From Mustelus asterias (taxonomy: Eukaryota), in assembly GCF_964213995.1 (NCBI RefSeq), contig NW_027590226.1:62001-126000 (forward strand): 64,000 nt of DNA, written 5' to 3'. Within the stretch, counting starts at the first letter, position 1. Each line of letters opens with the position of its first letter. The notes below the pieces were generated by a model, which searched no databases, was not told the origin of the DNA, and saw only the letters and a list, made by a program, of their open reading frames with translations. Positions 14,038-24,822 of the stretch are shown here, one piece after another. The position numbers were made by a program, and so were the translations under genes.

Positions 14038-16857
14038 CTAAACCAATTTCTTTTCGTCCATGAACCTATCTACGGATCTCTTAAACGCCCCCAAACTCGG
14101 CGCATTTACTACTGATGCTGGCAGGGCATTCCAATCCCTCACCACCCTCTGGGTAAAGAACCTACCCCTGACATCGGTTCTATAACTACCCCCCCTCAAT
14201 TTAAAGCCATGCCCCCTCGTGCTGGATTTCTCCATCAGAGGAAAAAGGCTATCACTATCCACCCTATCTAAACCTCTAATCATCTTATATGTTTCAATAA
14301 GATCCCCTCTTAGCCGCCGCCTTTCCAGCGAAAACAATCCCAAATCCCTCAGCCTCTCCTCATAGGATCTCCCCTCCATACCAGGCAACATCCTGGTAAA
14401 CCTCCTCTGCACCCTCTCCAAAGCCTCCACATCCTTCCTGTAATGTGGGGACCAGAACTGCACACAGTACTCCAAGTGCGGCCGCACCAGAGTTGTGTAC
14501 AGTTGCAACATAACGCTACGACTCCTAAATTCAATCCCCCTACCAATAAACGCCAAGACACCATATGCCTTCTTAACAACCTTATCTACTTGATTCCCAA
14601 CTTTCAGGGATCTATGCACACATACACCTAGATCCCTCTGCTCCTCCACACTATTCAAAGTCCTCCCGTTAGCCCTATACTCAACACATCTGTTATTCCT
14701 ACCAAAGTGAATTACCTCACACTTCTCCGCATTAAACTCCATCCGCCACCTCTCGGCCCAACTTTGCAACCTGTCTAAGTCTTCCTGCAAACTACGACAC
14801 CCTTCCTCACTGTCTACCACACCACCGACTTTGGTGTCATCAGCAAATTTGCTAATCCACCCAACTATACCCTCATCCAGATCATTAATAAATATTACAA
14901 ACAGCAGTGGCCCCAAAACAGATCCCTGAGGTACACCACTTGTAACCGCACTCCATGATGAATATTTACTATCAACCACCACCCTCTGTTTCCTATCCGC
15001 TAGCCAATTCCTGATCCAATTTCCTAGATCACCCCCAATCCCATACATCTGCATTTTCTGCAGAAGCCTACCATGGTGAACCTTATCAAACGCCTTACTA
15101 AAATCCATATATACCACGTCCACTGCCTTGCCCCCATCCACCTCCTTGGTCACTTTCTCAAAAAACTCAATAAGGTTAGTAAGGCACGACCTACCTGCCA
15201 CAAAACCATGCTGACTATCACCTATCAATTCATTACTCTCCAAATAACTATAAATCCTATCCCTTATAATTTTTTCCAACATCTTGCCGACAACAGAAGT
15301 GAGACTCACCGGTCTATAATTCCCGGGGAAGTCTCTGTTCCCCTTCTTAAACAATGGGACAACATTCGCTAACCTCCAATCTTCTGGTACTATACCAGAG
15401 GCCAACGACGACCTGAAGATCAGAGCCAGAGGCTCTGCAATCACTTCTCTTGCCTCCCAGAGAATCCTTGGATAAATCCCATCCGGACCAGGGGATTTAT
15501 CTATTTTCAGACCCTCCAGAATATCCTGCACATCCTCCTTATCAACTGTAATACTGTCTATTCTACTCCCTTGCAACCCAGTGTCCTCCTCAGCTATATT
15601 CATGTCCCCTTGCGTGAACACCGAAGAGAAATATTGGTTCAATGCTTCACCAATCTCCTCCGGTTCCACACATAACTTCCCTCTGCCATCTATAACTGGC
15701 CCTAAACTTGCCCTAACCAACCTTCTGTTCTTGACATACCTATAGAACGCCTTAGGATTCACTTTAACCCTATCCGCCAAAGTCTTCTCATGTCCCCTTT
15801 TAGCCCTTCTAAGCTCGCTCTTCAACTCTCTCTTAGCCAATCTAAAGCTTTCTAGTGCACTACCCGAGTGCTCACGTCTCATCCGAACATAAGCCTCCTT
15901 TTTCTTTTTAACCAACAAAGAAACTTTTTTGGTGCACCACGGTTCCCTAGCCCTACCAATTCCTCCTTGCCTGACAGGGACATACCTATCACAGACTCGC
16001 AGTAGCTGCTCCTTGAAAAAACTCCACATGTCGGACGTTCCCAGTCCCTGTAATCTCCTAGTCCAACCTATGTTTCCTAATTCTCTCCTAATAGCCTCAT
16101 AATTACCCTTCCCCCAGCTAAAACCACTGGCCCGAGGTTCATGCCTATCCCTTTCCATCACTAAGGTGAACGTAACCGAATTGTGGTCACTATCACCAAA
16201 ATGCACACCAACTTCCAAGTCTAGCACCTGGTCTGGCTCATTTCCCAGCACCAGATCCAATATAGCCTCACCTCTAGTTGGCCTGTCTACATACTGAGTC
16301 AAAAAACCTTCCTGCACGCTTTGAACAAAAACTGACCCCTCTAACGAGCTAGAGCTATAACAATTCCAGTCAATATTAGTCAAGTTAAAATCCCCCATAA
16401 CAATTGCCCTATTACTTTCACTCCTAAGCAGGATTGACTCCGCAATCCTTTCCTCAACCTCTCTAGAACTTTTAGGAGGTCTATAAAAGACTCCCAACAG
16501 GGTGACCTCTCCTCTCCTATTTCTAATCTCCGCCCATACTACCTCAACAGATAAGTCCTCATCAAACCTCCTCTCTGACACTGTGATACAATCTCTGACC
16601 AATAATGCTACCCCTCCCCCTCTTCTACCTCCTTCCCTACTTCGACTAAAACATTTGAACCCCGGGACCTGCAGCATCCATTCCTGCCCCTGCTCTATCC
16701 ATGTCTCTGAAATAGCCACAACATCGAAGTCCCAGGTACTGATCCACGCTGCAAGTTCACCCACTTTATTGCGAATACTCCTGGCATTGAAGTATACACA
16801 TTTCAAACCCTGCTCCACCCCACCTCTGCAATGCCGTGCATTGCAGTCCCCATCCAT
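14038..16857 (-). CDS. CR1 ORF2: APE endonuclease + reverse transcriptase (939 aa)
   Basis: NARS, SETW, YRPP, GDFN, SDHN endonuclease motifs; PQGSVLGP and KFADD RT motifs. Confidence 0.95.
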   Translation of the reverse strand: MDGDCNARHCRGGVEQGLKCVYFNARSIRNKVGELAAWISTWDFDVVAISETWIEQGQEWMLQVPGFKCFSRSREGGRRGGGVALLVRDCITVSERRFDEDLSVEVVWAEIRNRRGEVTLLGVFYRPPKSSREVEERIAESILLRSESNRAIVMGDFNLTNIDWNCYSSSSLEGSVFVQSVQEGFLTQYVDRPTRGEAILDLVLGNEPDQVLDLEVGVHFGDSDHNSVTFTLVMERDRHEPRASGFSWGKGNYEAIRRELGNIGWTRRLQGLGTSDMWSFFKEQLLRVCDRYVPVRQGGIGRAREPWCTKKVSLLVKKKKEAYVRMRREHSGSALESFRLAKRELKSELRRAKRGHEKTLADRVKVNPKAFYRYVKNRRLVRASLGPVIDGRGKLCVEPEEIGEALNQYFSSVFTQGDMNIAEEDTGLQGSRIDSITVDKEDVQDILEGLKIDKSPGPDGIYPRILWEAREVIAEPLALIFRSSLASGIVPEDWRLANVVPLFKKGNRDFPGNYRPVSLTSVVGKMLEKIIRDRIYSYLESNELIGDSQHGFVAGRSCLTNLIEFFEKVTKEVDGGKAVDVVYMDFSKAFDKVHHGRLLQKMQMYGIGGDLGNWIRNWLADRKQRVVVDSKYSSWSAVTSGVPQGSVLGPLLFVIFINDLDEGIVGWISKFADDTKVGGVVDSEEGCRSLQEDLDRLQSWAERWRMEFNAEKCEVIHFGRNNRCVEYRANGRTLNSVEEQRDLGVCVHRSLKVGNQVDKVVKKAYGVLAFIGRGIEFRSRSVMLQLYTTLVRPHLEYCVQFWSPHYRKDVEALERVQRRFTRMLPGMEGRSYEERLRDLGLFSLERRRLRGDLIETYKMIRGLDRVDSDSLFPLMEKSSTRGHGFKLRGGSYRTDVRGRFFTQRVVRDWNALPASVVNAPSLGAFKRSVDRFMDEKKLV

Positions 16858-16907
16858 GCATCCCTCACTTTCAGCCCCACTACTCAGGATCCCTCCCCCC
16901 CCCCGAA

Positions 16908-17846
16908 TCAGTTTAAACCTCCCTGCATGGCCTTAGCAAATTTACCCCCCAGGATATTGGTCCCCTTCTGATTAAGGTGTAGACCATCCTTCTCATAGAG
17001 GTCACACCTTCCCCAGTACGAGCCCCAATTGCTTAAGTACCTGAACCCCTCCCTCCTGCACCATCCCCTCAGCCATGAATTCAAACCTTCCCTCTCCCTA
17101 TTCCTCTCTAAACTATCCCGTGGTACAGGCAAGAGTCCAGAGATAACCACTCTGTCAGTCTTGGCCTTTAGTTTCCACCCCAACTCCATAAATCCCTGCC
17201 TAATATCCCCTTCCCCTATCCTCCCTATGTCGTGTGTCCCCACATGTACAATAACTTGTGGTTTATCTCCCTCCCCCCTAAGAGTCCTGAATACCCTGTC
17301 AGACACATCCCGGACCCCAGCCCCTGGTAGGCAACACACCAACCCTGAGTCCCTACCTTTAGTTCCGACCCTCCTATCTGTCCCCTTAATTGTGGAGTCC
17401 CCAATCACAAGGCCCAGTCTTTTACAGCCCCTAACCACCTGAGCTTTCTCACTCGGCTCACCCCCAGAGATCTGCTCTCTATGCTCAGTTGATTCCTCCT
17501 CAACTGTAGCCTCCAGCACCGAAAACCTATTATGGAGGGGAACCGCCCCAGGGGATTGTCTTCCCGATTGCTTCTTACCCCTCCTCCTGGCATTGACCCA
17601 AGCCTCATTTCTAGGAGTTACTATTTCTCTATAACTCCTATCAACTTCCACCTCCGCCTCCCGAATTATGCGGAGTTCCTCTACCTCCCCCTCCAGCTCC
17701 TTTACACGCTCCTCCAGAAGCTGCAATCTAATGCACTTCTTACAACTAAAATCTCCTGAAACACTACTGGATTTCCTCACCACATACATCCCACAGGAGA
17801 TGCAGCATACTGCCTGAACTGCCATCCCTGAAGCCATTACCAGCAA
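16908..17846 (-). CDS. CR1 ORF1: zinc finger, coiled coil and SGNH esterase domain (312 aa)
   Basis: CISC...CKKC, heptad LEERVKELEGEVEEL, GDS, VGTHD and DGLHL esterase blocks. Confidence 0.9.
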   Translation of the reverse strand: MLVMASGMAVQAVCCISCGMYVVRKSSSVSGDFSCKKCIRLQLLEERVKELEGEVEELRIIREAEVEVDRSYREIVTPRNEAWVNARRRGKKQSGRQSPGAVPLHNRFSVLEATVEEESTEHREQISGGEPSEKAQVVRGCKRLGLVIGDSTIKGTDRRVGTKGRDSGLVCCLPGAGVRDVSDRVFRTLRGEGDKPQVIVHVGTHDIGRIGEGDIRQGFMELGWKLKAKTDRVVISGLLPVPRDSLERNREREGLNSWLRGWCRREGFRYLSNWGSYWGRCDLYEKDGLHLNQKGTNILGGKFAKAMQGGLN

Positions 17847-19087
17847 GAAAAAAAGAAAACAAAAAACTTCCCCACACTTATAATTAGGTTAGAGGAGGAT
17901 GGAAGGGTGGGATCCTCTACCAGTGTAGAGGATCGGGTATCTCCTCTGCACCAATTTATAGGGCTAGGGGAGGGAAGCTCCTCCTGCAAAGCCACATCTA
18001 TCTCTCACTGCAATGTGGCAGCAGCCAGATTCCAATATCTTTATATTGGGAAAAAATCTATTCAAACACAACAGCACAGATTCAGCCTCAGTCACACAGC
18101 CGCTGGTTACAAATCCCACCTTCTGGGAGGGTGTGAGTGAGGGTCTTTTCCCCAGAGACTGGGGAGCTGGGCTGTGAGTGCAGAGCAGAGGACCCCCCCC
18201 CCCCCAACCCAGCCCCCCTCCAGTGTGTCTCCTCTCCCTGCCCCTCTGCCTTTGATCTCCCTCTGTTACCCTCCCTTTCTCTCTCTCTCCCTCCCTGATA
18301 ACTCACAATCAAAGGAGAAAGATGGGAGAGAGAGATAGCAGGAAAACCCACAATCACATCCCCAATCCGATGGATTAAAGCGGCTGCTGCAGGTTTTATT
18401 CGGCTGCCTTTCTCTCTCTCTCTCTGTCTGTCTTTCTCTCCTCCCGCCCCCCCCCCCCCCCTCCCTGTCTTTCTCTGTCTCTGTCTGTCTTTCCCTCCCT
18501 CCCTTTCTCTCTCTCTGTCTTTCCCTCCCTGAAATTAAATCAAAAAAATTCACATTGGTGTTTTCCTTCACATTTGATTGAAAGATGAAATATAGACAGG
18601 AATGTCTGGGGAGAGAGAGAGGGGAGGGGTGCAGAGATTGGTAAGAACGCTGGAGAGACAGAGACAGGGAAATTATGAACCCCCCCCCCCCCCCCCCCCC
18701 CCGCCATCCAAATAGAAATTTCTGGGAAAAGAGAGAGGAGAATCTGGAGTCACACAGCACAGAAACAGGCCCTTCGGCCCACCAGGTCTATGCTGGCCAT
18801 CAAATCCCAATCTATCCTCCCCCCATTCCCCAGCACTTGCTGCACAGCCTATGATGCCTCGGTGATTTAAGTGCTTTAATTTACCCGACCCCGTTTCCAC
18901 TTCTTTCCTTTGAACCCACTTTGCAGTCCGTGAGCGAGATTTTGTTTAATAAAGTGTGGTCGCTGTTGCAGTGCGAGCAAAGGCCACAGGCCCAGTGTGT
19001 GCACAGCAAGATCCCACAACAGCAGCAGCAGCAACAATGTGAGCCTAAATCAGATGGGACACAGTCCTCCCCAACACACCCCCAACA

Positions 19088-19274
19088 CTCTCGCCTGCTG
19101 AGAGTCCNNNNNNNNNNNNNNNNNNNNNNNNNNNNNNNNNNNNNNNNNNNNNNNNNNNNNNNNNNNNNNNNNNNNNNNNNNNNNNNNNNNNNNNNNNNNN
19201 NNNNNNNNNNNNNNNNNNNNNNNNNNNNNNNNNNNNNNNNNNNNNNNNNNNNNNNNNNNNNNNNNNNNNNNNNN
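19088..19274. other. Assembly gap
   Basis: Run of N. Its flanks map about 50 bp apart in the right arm (~36297-36350). Confidence 1.
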
Positions 19275-20920
19275 GGGTTGAACTCCCTCTTAAAACGAAG
19301 CCAAACCCTTTTTAAAACAAAGTCTCTGTGGTGCTCTGGAAGATCCCAGAAGGTGCAGTTCGCTGTGTTGAGTGTGTTTTAATTTGGGAAATGTTTATAC
19401 AGAGGGAGAGTGAGGCAGAGAGGGGCTGAGGCAGTGAAATCCACCCCCACCCCCCCCCCCCCGCCCCCCCCACCCCCCGTCGCCCCGGGACCCTCAGAAT
19501 TGAATCATAACATGTAGGGCCACATCGGGGCACAGTGGTTGGCGCTGCTGCCTCACAGCTCCAGGGACCCGGGTTCAATTCCCGGCTCGGGTCACTGTGA
19601 TCCTGTGTCTCTTCCCCCACCCCCTCACTGCACCCCCACAAACCTCACCTCTTGCTTTCTATTCCTGTTTTCCCCCTCACTCTCCCCCTCTCTCTCTCCC
19701 ACTCCCTCCATCTTTCTCTCTCACTCCCTGTCTGCCTTTCTCTCTCTCTCCGTCCATCTTTCTCTCTCTCTCTCTCTCTCCCACTCCCTCCATCTTTCTT
19801 TCTCTCTCCCTCACACTGTTTCTCTCTCTCTTTCTCCCTGCCTGTCTCTCTCTCTCTGTCTTTCCCCCTCTTTCTCTCTCTCTCTTTCTCTCTCTTTCTC
19901 CCTCCCTCCCTATCTTTCTCTTTCTCTCTCAGAGACTGGGAATGCTGCAATCAGGATCCCACAGGGAGTCCCACACTGCAGGAGGACACCCCCCCACCCC
20001 CAGAGCCTCTGTCTCTATCCCCCTACCCCCCCACTCCACTGAGCCCCCGACACTCCCCACCCCTTCTCTGTTCCTCTCTCTACCCCACCCTCCTTCCCCT
20101 CCATCTTTTTATGTTTAAAATGTGGGGCGCTGTCACGGGGCGGGGAATATGGGGAGGGGAGGAGGGGGGACAGAGAGCATGAGGGCACAGCAAGATCCCA
20201 CACAGCCTGAACAGGGCCAGATACAAAGTGATTTTTAAATGAGGATTGGGGTAAAGTGAGTGGGAAATGAGGGAACCACACGTCTCCCTCTCTCTCCCTC
20301 CACACGAGAGACCCCCAGATCCTGTGTCTCTTCCCCCACCCCCTCACTGCACCCCCCACAACCCTGACCTCTTGCTACCCTATCCTGCTTTCCCTCACTC
20401 TCCCGTCTCTGTCTCTCTCTCCCCCTTTCTCTCTTTCTTTCTCTCCCTCTCTGTCTCTGTCTCTCTCTCCCTTTCTTTCTCTCTGTCTCTCTCTAATATG
20501 GTTATGAAGTTGCATATATAAGGTTAAAGATGTGGTGTTTGACAAATGTAAATATTGAAAAGAAATGCTGAGAAAACCAAAACAAACCATCCAGCGTTGT
20601 GTCTTTAGAAAGCCTGTGTCTTTGTGCTGGGGATTTTAAACTGCAGAAAGCAGGCTGCAGAAGACAACTTTACAACATTTGTGTCCAAAGCAGCAGCCAG
20701 AGTCCCAGCAGAGCAAAACAGGCTTTGAATTTAAAACAAGCTCCCAAACACACACAACCCAATAGACAGTTTCACTTTACAGATATTTAATTTACTCTTT
20801 GCCACCCACCTAAGGGTTAACCTGTTTGTGACTAATTACAAAGCCGGGATATTTTAACCCCAGGGTTTCAAACTCCAGCCCCCCCACACACCCCACAATC
20901 GAACCAGAACTGGTTCATCC

Positions 20921-21360
20921 GAGAGCCGGGGGAAAGGAGAGAGAGCCGGGGGAAAGGAGAGAGAGCCGGGGGAAAGGAGAGAGAGCCGGGGGAAAGGAGA
21001 GAGAGCCGGCGGAAAGGGCAGAGAGCCGGGGGAAAGGAGAGAGAGCCGGGGGAAAGGAGAGAGAGCCGGGGGAAAGGAGAGAGAGCCGGGGGAAAGGAGA
21101 GAGAGCCGGGGGAAAGGGCAGGGAGCCGGGGGAAAGGGCAGAGAGCCGGGGGAAAGGGCAGAGAGCCGGGGGAAAGGGCAGAGAGCCGTGGGAAAGGGCA
21201 GAGAGCCGGGGGAAAGGAGAGAGAGCCGGGGGAAAGGGCAGGGAGCCGGGGGAAAGGGCAGGGAGCCGGGGGAAAGGGCAGAGAGCCGGGGGAAAGGAGA
21301 GAGAGCCGGGGGAAAGGGCAGGGAGCCGGGGGAAAGGAGAGAAAGCCGGGGGAAGGGGCC
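20921..21360 (+). repeat. 20-bp minisatellite gagagccgggggaaagg(a/g)(g/c)a, 22 units
   Basis: Directly visible; absent from the right arm. Confidence 0.95.
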
Positions 21361-22117
21361 AAGACTGGAAACACATCCCACTGCCCCCCCAGTCTCCAGA
21401 AAGAGTTAAACTCCCCTCTTTAACCCGGGAACAAGCTGTGTCCATCCCTTGGAGAGAGACTTTTTAAAATCACCCTCCCAACATCGAATTATTTCTGTGA
21501 ATCAGGAACCCCAGAAGGGTGTGACTGAGACTTTTCTCCAGAGACTGGGAGCTGGGCACTGACTCCACACGAGAGAGCCCCCAGATCCTGTGTCTCTTCC
21601 CCCACCCCATCCCTGCACCCCCCACACAAACCTCACCTCTTGCTGCCCTTTCCTGTTCTCCCTCACTCCCCCCTCTGTCTTTCTCTGTGTCTTTCTCTCT
21701 GTCTCTCTCTGTGTGTCTGTCTCTCTCTCTCTCTTTGTGTGTGTCTTTCTTTCTGTGCCTTATTTGGTGCCAAGCAATTTTTTAATAGTATCCCTAGACT
21801 TTCAATCCTTGTAAAATAAACCATTCCTATTTTGCTGTTTAATCACTTTAATGTAGTCCATTCCACAATGTAGATGGTGGGAGGAGGAGTGTGTTAGCTA
21901 AAATAAAATCCATGAGTACTTGAGAAGATTTTGTGAGATGTTCCAGTACTGCAACATGAGCTAGACAATACAGGGGCAGTATCAGCCAATTTAATTGTTT
22001 GCTTTGTGGATCAATGTTGCAGACTCATTTCTGTTTTAGATCAACTCAGCCTCAGTCTTATGAGTTTTGGTTCCAGCGATGAAAGGGGCATGATATGATG
22101 CAAGTTAAATTAATAAA

Positions 22118-22450
22118 GGCGGCACGGCAGCACAGTGGTTAGCACTGCTGCTTCACAGCTCCAGGGACCTGGGTTCGATTCCCGGCTCGGGTCACTGTCT
22201 GTGTGGAGTTTGCACATTCTCCTTGTATCTGTGTGGGTTTCCTCCGGGTGCTCCAGTTTCCTCCCACAGTCCAAAGATGTGCGGGTTAGGTTGATTGGCC
22301 ATGCTAAAATTGCCCCTTAGTGTCCGTAGGTTAGAGGGATTAGCGGGTAAAATATGTAGGGATATGGGGGTAGGGCCTGGGTGGGATTGTGGTCGGTGCA
22401 GACTCGATGGGCCGAATGGCCTCTTTCTGCACTGTAGGATTCTATGATTC
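22118..22450 (+). mobile_element. Full-length HE1-type V-SINE
   Basis: ggcggcacggcagcacagtggttagcac...ggttcgattccc...gtgtggagtttgcac...ttctatgattc. Confidence 0.9.
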
Positions 22451-23683
22451 TCTGTCTCTGTCTCTCTCTGGTCTCCCTCTCTATCTGTCTCTCTCACACA
22501 CTGTCTCTGTTTAATATGGTTATGAAGCTGCATATAGGGTAAAACATCTGGTGTTTGACAAATGTAAATATTGAAAAGAAATGCTGAGAAAACCAAAACA
22601 AACCATCCAGCGTTGTGTCTTTAGAAAGCCTGTGTCTTTGTGCTGGGGATTTTAAACTGCAGAAAGCAGGCTGCAGAAGACAACTTTACAACATTTGTGT
22701 CCAAAGCAGCAGCCAGAGTCCCAGCAGAGCAAAACAGGCTTTGAATTGGGTCAATGATTTTAAAACAAGCTCTCAAACACACACAACCAATTGCATTCAA
22801 ATTGGAGCGTTGGTGACAGCCTCAAGCCACTCAAATTGCAGGAGTACTGTGAGGAAATTCTGGGTATTTAAACCCGGGACAGGGGGAAATAACGGGGAGG
22901 GAGCGACCTTGCTGCCTCTTTAGATTGAAGGAGGGAGAGTCTGATACTGAATCCTGCAGTAATATATACAGCTTCATCACATCACCATCTAAATAGAAGC
23001 AGAAACGAACTCAGAAAGTATTCCAGACCCAAGCAGCAGAAGAAAGTTCACACTTCCAACAGACGCCTGGTGTTATATTATTTGAGGGTGACTCTGTTCT
23101 GTAATGATTTATTTCATTATTCCTGAGTGAGTCTTGTAATTGGAACAGCATTCTACTGGGGAGTTTATTCAGTTTGTTCATTGTTTTAATAAGGTTGTCA
23201 CCCAGTCTAAATTACAGACCTGTTAGTCGTTCCTGATACAGAGAGTGTCAGATCCTGCTTTAATTTACCAATTGCTCCCACAGCACAAAGCTGTGCGGGT
23301 TGGGTGGATTGGCCGTGTTAAATTGACCCCAGTGTCAGGGGGATTAGCAGGTTAAAAGTGTGGGGTCATGGGAATAGGGCCTGGTTGGGATTGTGGTCGG
23401 TACAGACTAGATGGGCCGAATGACCTCCTTCTGCACATCTGTCTAAAACCAGTAGCTTTCTCCTGTCTCACACACACTTACTTAAGATTATGAGGTGAGG
23501 TGTATCCCTTTGGGGGGGTTACAAAATAGCGCAGAGGGAAATATCACCTCAGAGTGGTAACAATATTTACAATCCCACAATCACACACCCACCCTCCCTT
23601 AGTCAATGAATGAATGATTCAAATGACAATGAAGGTAATTCTGCACAGCAAGATCCCACTGCCAGTCCCACGATGGAGGAGGG

Positions 23684-24459
23684 TGTCGTGGTTCCCCAGG
23701 ACGACAATTCGTTCACATCGGTTTAAAACAGAGAGTCTGAGCAGCGATCTTTCAAGCAATAGACTTTATTTCTCAGCACAAGAGACAAAGCCGGGAGCGT
23801 CCGGAAAACTCCAAAGAGCCCTTGGGCTTACAATCTTTTATGTACATTTCAGCCTCCTATCTCAAGATCCTTATCTCCCTTTTACTGCCTGTCCTTGGTT
23901 GTTATCTTACCCTACAGCCCGCTCTTTCTTTGGCCACCATTATTTTTAGTTGACCCTTTATCTGTTTTCTTTGCAATCGGTCGTTCACTGTTATATCTCT
24001 TCGTTTCTTAAACCATGGTGGTTATAACTCTTGCTCTTATCTGAACTTTTCTGTTTGTACAATAATCGTGGTTTTGTAAGCTAAGGCCGAAAGTGTTTAG
24101 AAGAAAAGACATCCCCTCTGCTGATTTATGGTCCACTAATGTGTTTAGAAGAAAAGACATTCTCTCTGCTGGTTTATGGTCCACTATTAAGTTGAACCAC
24201 CGAGCAGTCTTCCTTGTTTTCTTAAGTGGCTATTGTTTGCTTTCCTTAATTAGTGATTGCTATATTACTTCTTTAGTTCCTCTAGTTCCTCCGCTTTAAT
24301 CATATCGACTACACTTGATTATATTAGGTCACACGAAGTTACTTTAGGTTACATATCCATTTTCACTACTTATCTAAATCTGCTTTATTATTTCACTAAA
24401 ACCTATGAATCTGAATTCCATACTAAACTCATACAATATCCAGTACAATTTCCCTTACA
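23684..24459 (-). repeat. ERV 3' LTR (776 bp, two 48-bp U3 repeats)
   Basis: Direct repeat of 33201-34018; preceded on the minus strand by PPT aaagggggga (24462-24471). Confidence 0.95.
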
Positions 24460-24822
24460 AGTCCCCCCTTTGAGGCTATTCCCTAGCCTCATCCCAATTA
24501 CCAAGCTCAAATAATCCCCTCGCTCAATCCCATTTGTATTTTATTTTAATCACTTTTTGCAGGCGATGTGGAGGAGCCGAATATTTTGGTCAGGGATCAG
24601 TGTCCCTATTCTAACTTTATCATAATTTGTCTATCCCGGTTCTGATTTTTGGGTTGCTCCTCCAGATTGCCTGCCCCTGACAGTCATCAGCCAAAAACCT
24701 TCCCACTCTTGTCTAGGGAAGGGAAAAAGACTGATTCCTGTGTACAGACTAAGTTCTCCTGGTTTCGTGCGGACTTCAGCAAGGTGCTGTTGTTTCCACA
24801 AGGTGATCTTCCACTATTGTAG

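Larger units (their letters stand above)
13937..17966 (-). mobile_element. Full-length, apparently intact CR1 LINE, left arm only
   Basis: Two open ORFs, (ttctatg)n tail. Empty site ggggaaat|ggggaggg is in the right arm at ~37467. Confidence 0.95.
9247..23630 (+). repeat. Left arm of a large inverted duplication
   Basis: Reverse complement of 34019-41780 once arm-specific insertions are removed. Mirrored ORFs: 11570-11785(-)/39133-39348(+), 11314-11646(+)/39272-39604(-), 22615-22923(+)/34725-35033(-). Confidence 0.95.

Noticed and set aside
22118-22200. tRNA gene (A/B boxes)
   Set aside because: tRNA-derived head of an HE1 SINE; the same holds for 19527-19597 and 35999-36070.
22615-22923. 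102-aa ORF present in both arms
   Set aside because: GTG start, no recognisable domain, and conservation is explained by the recent duplication.
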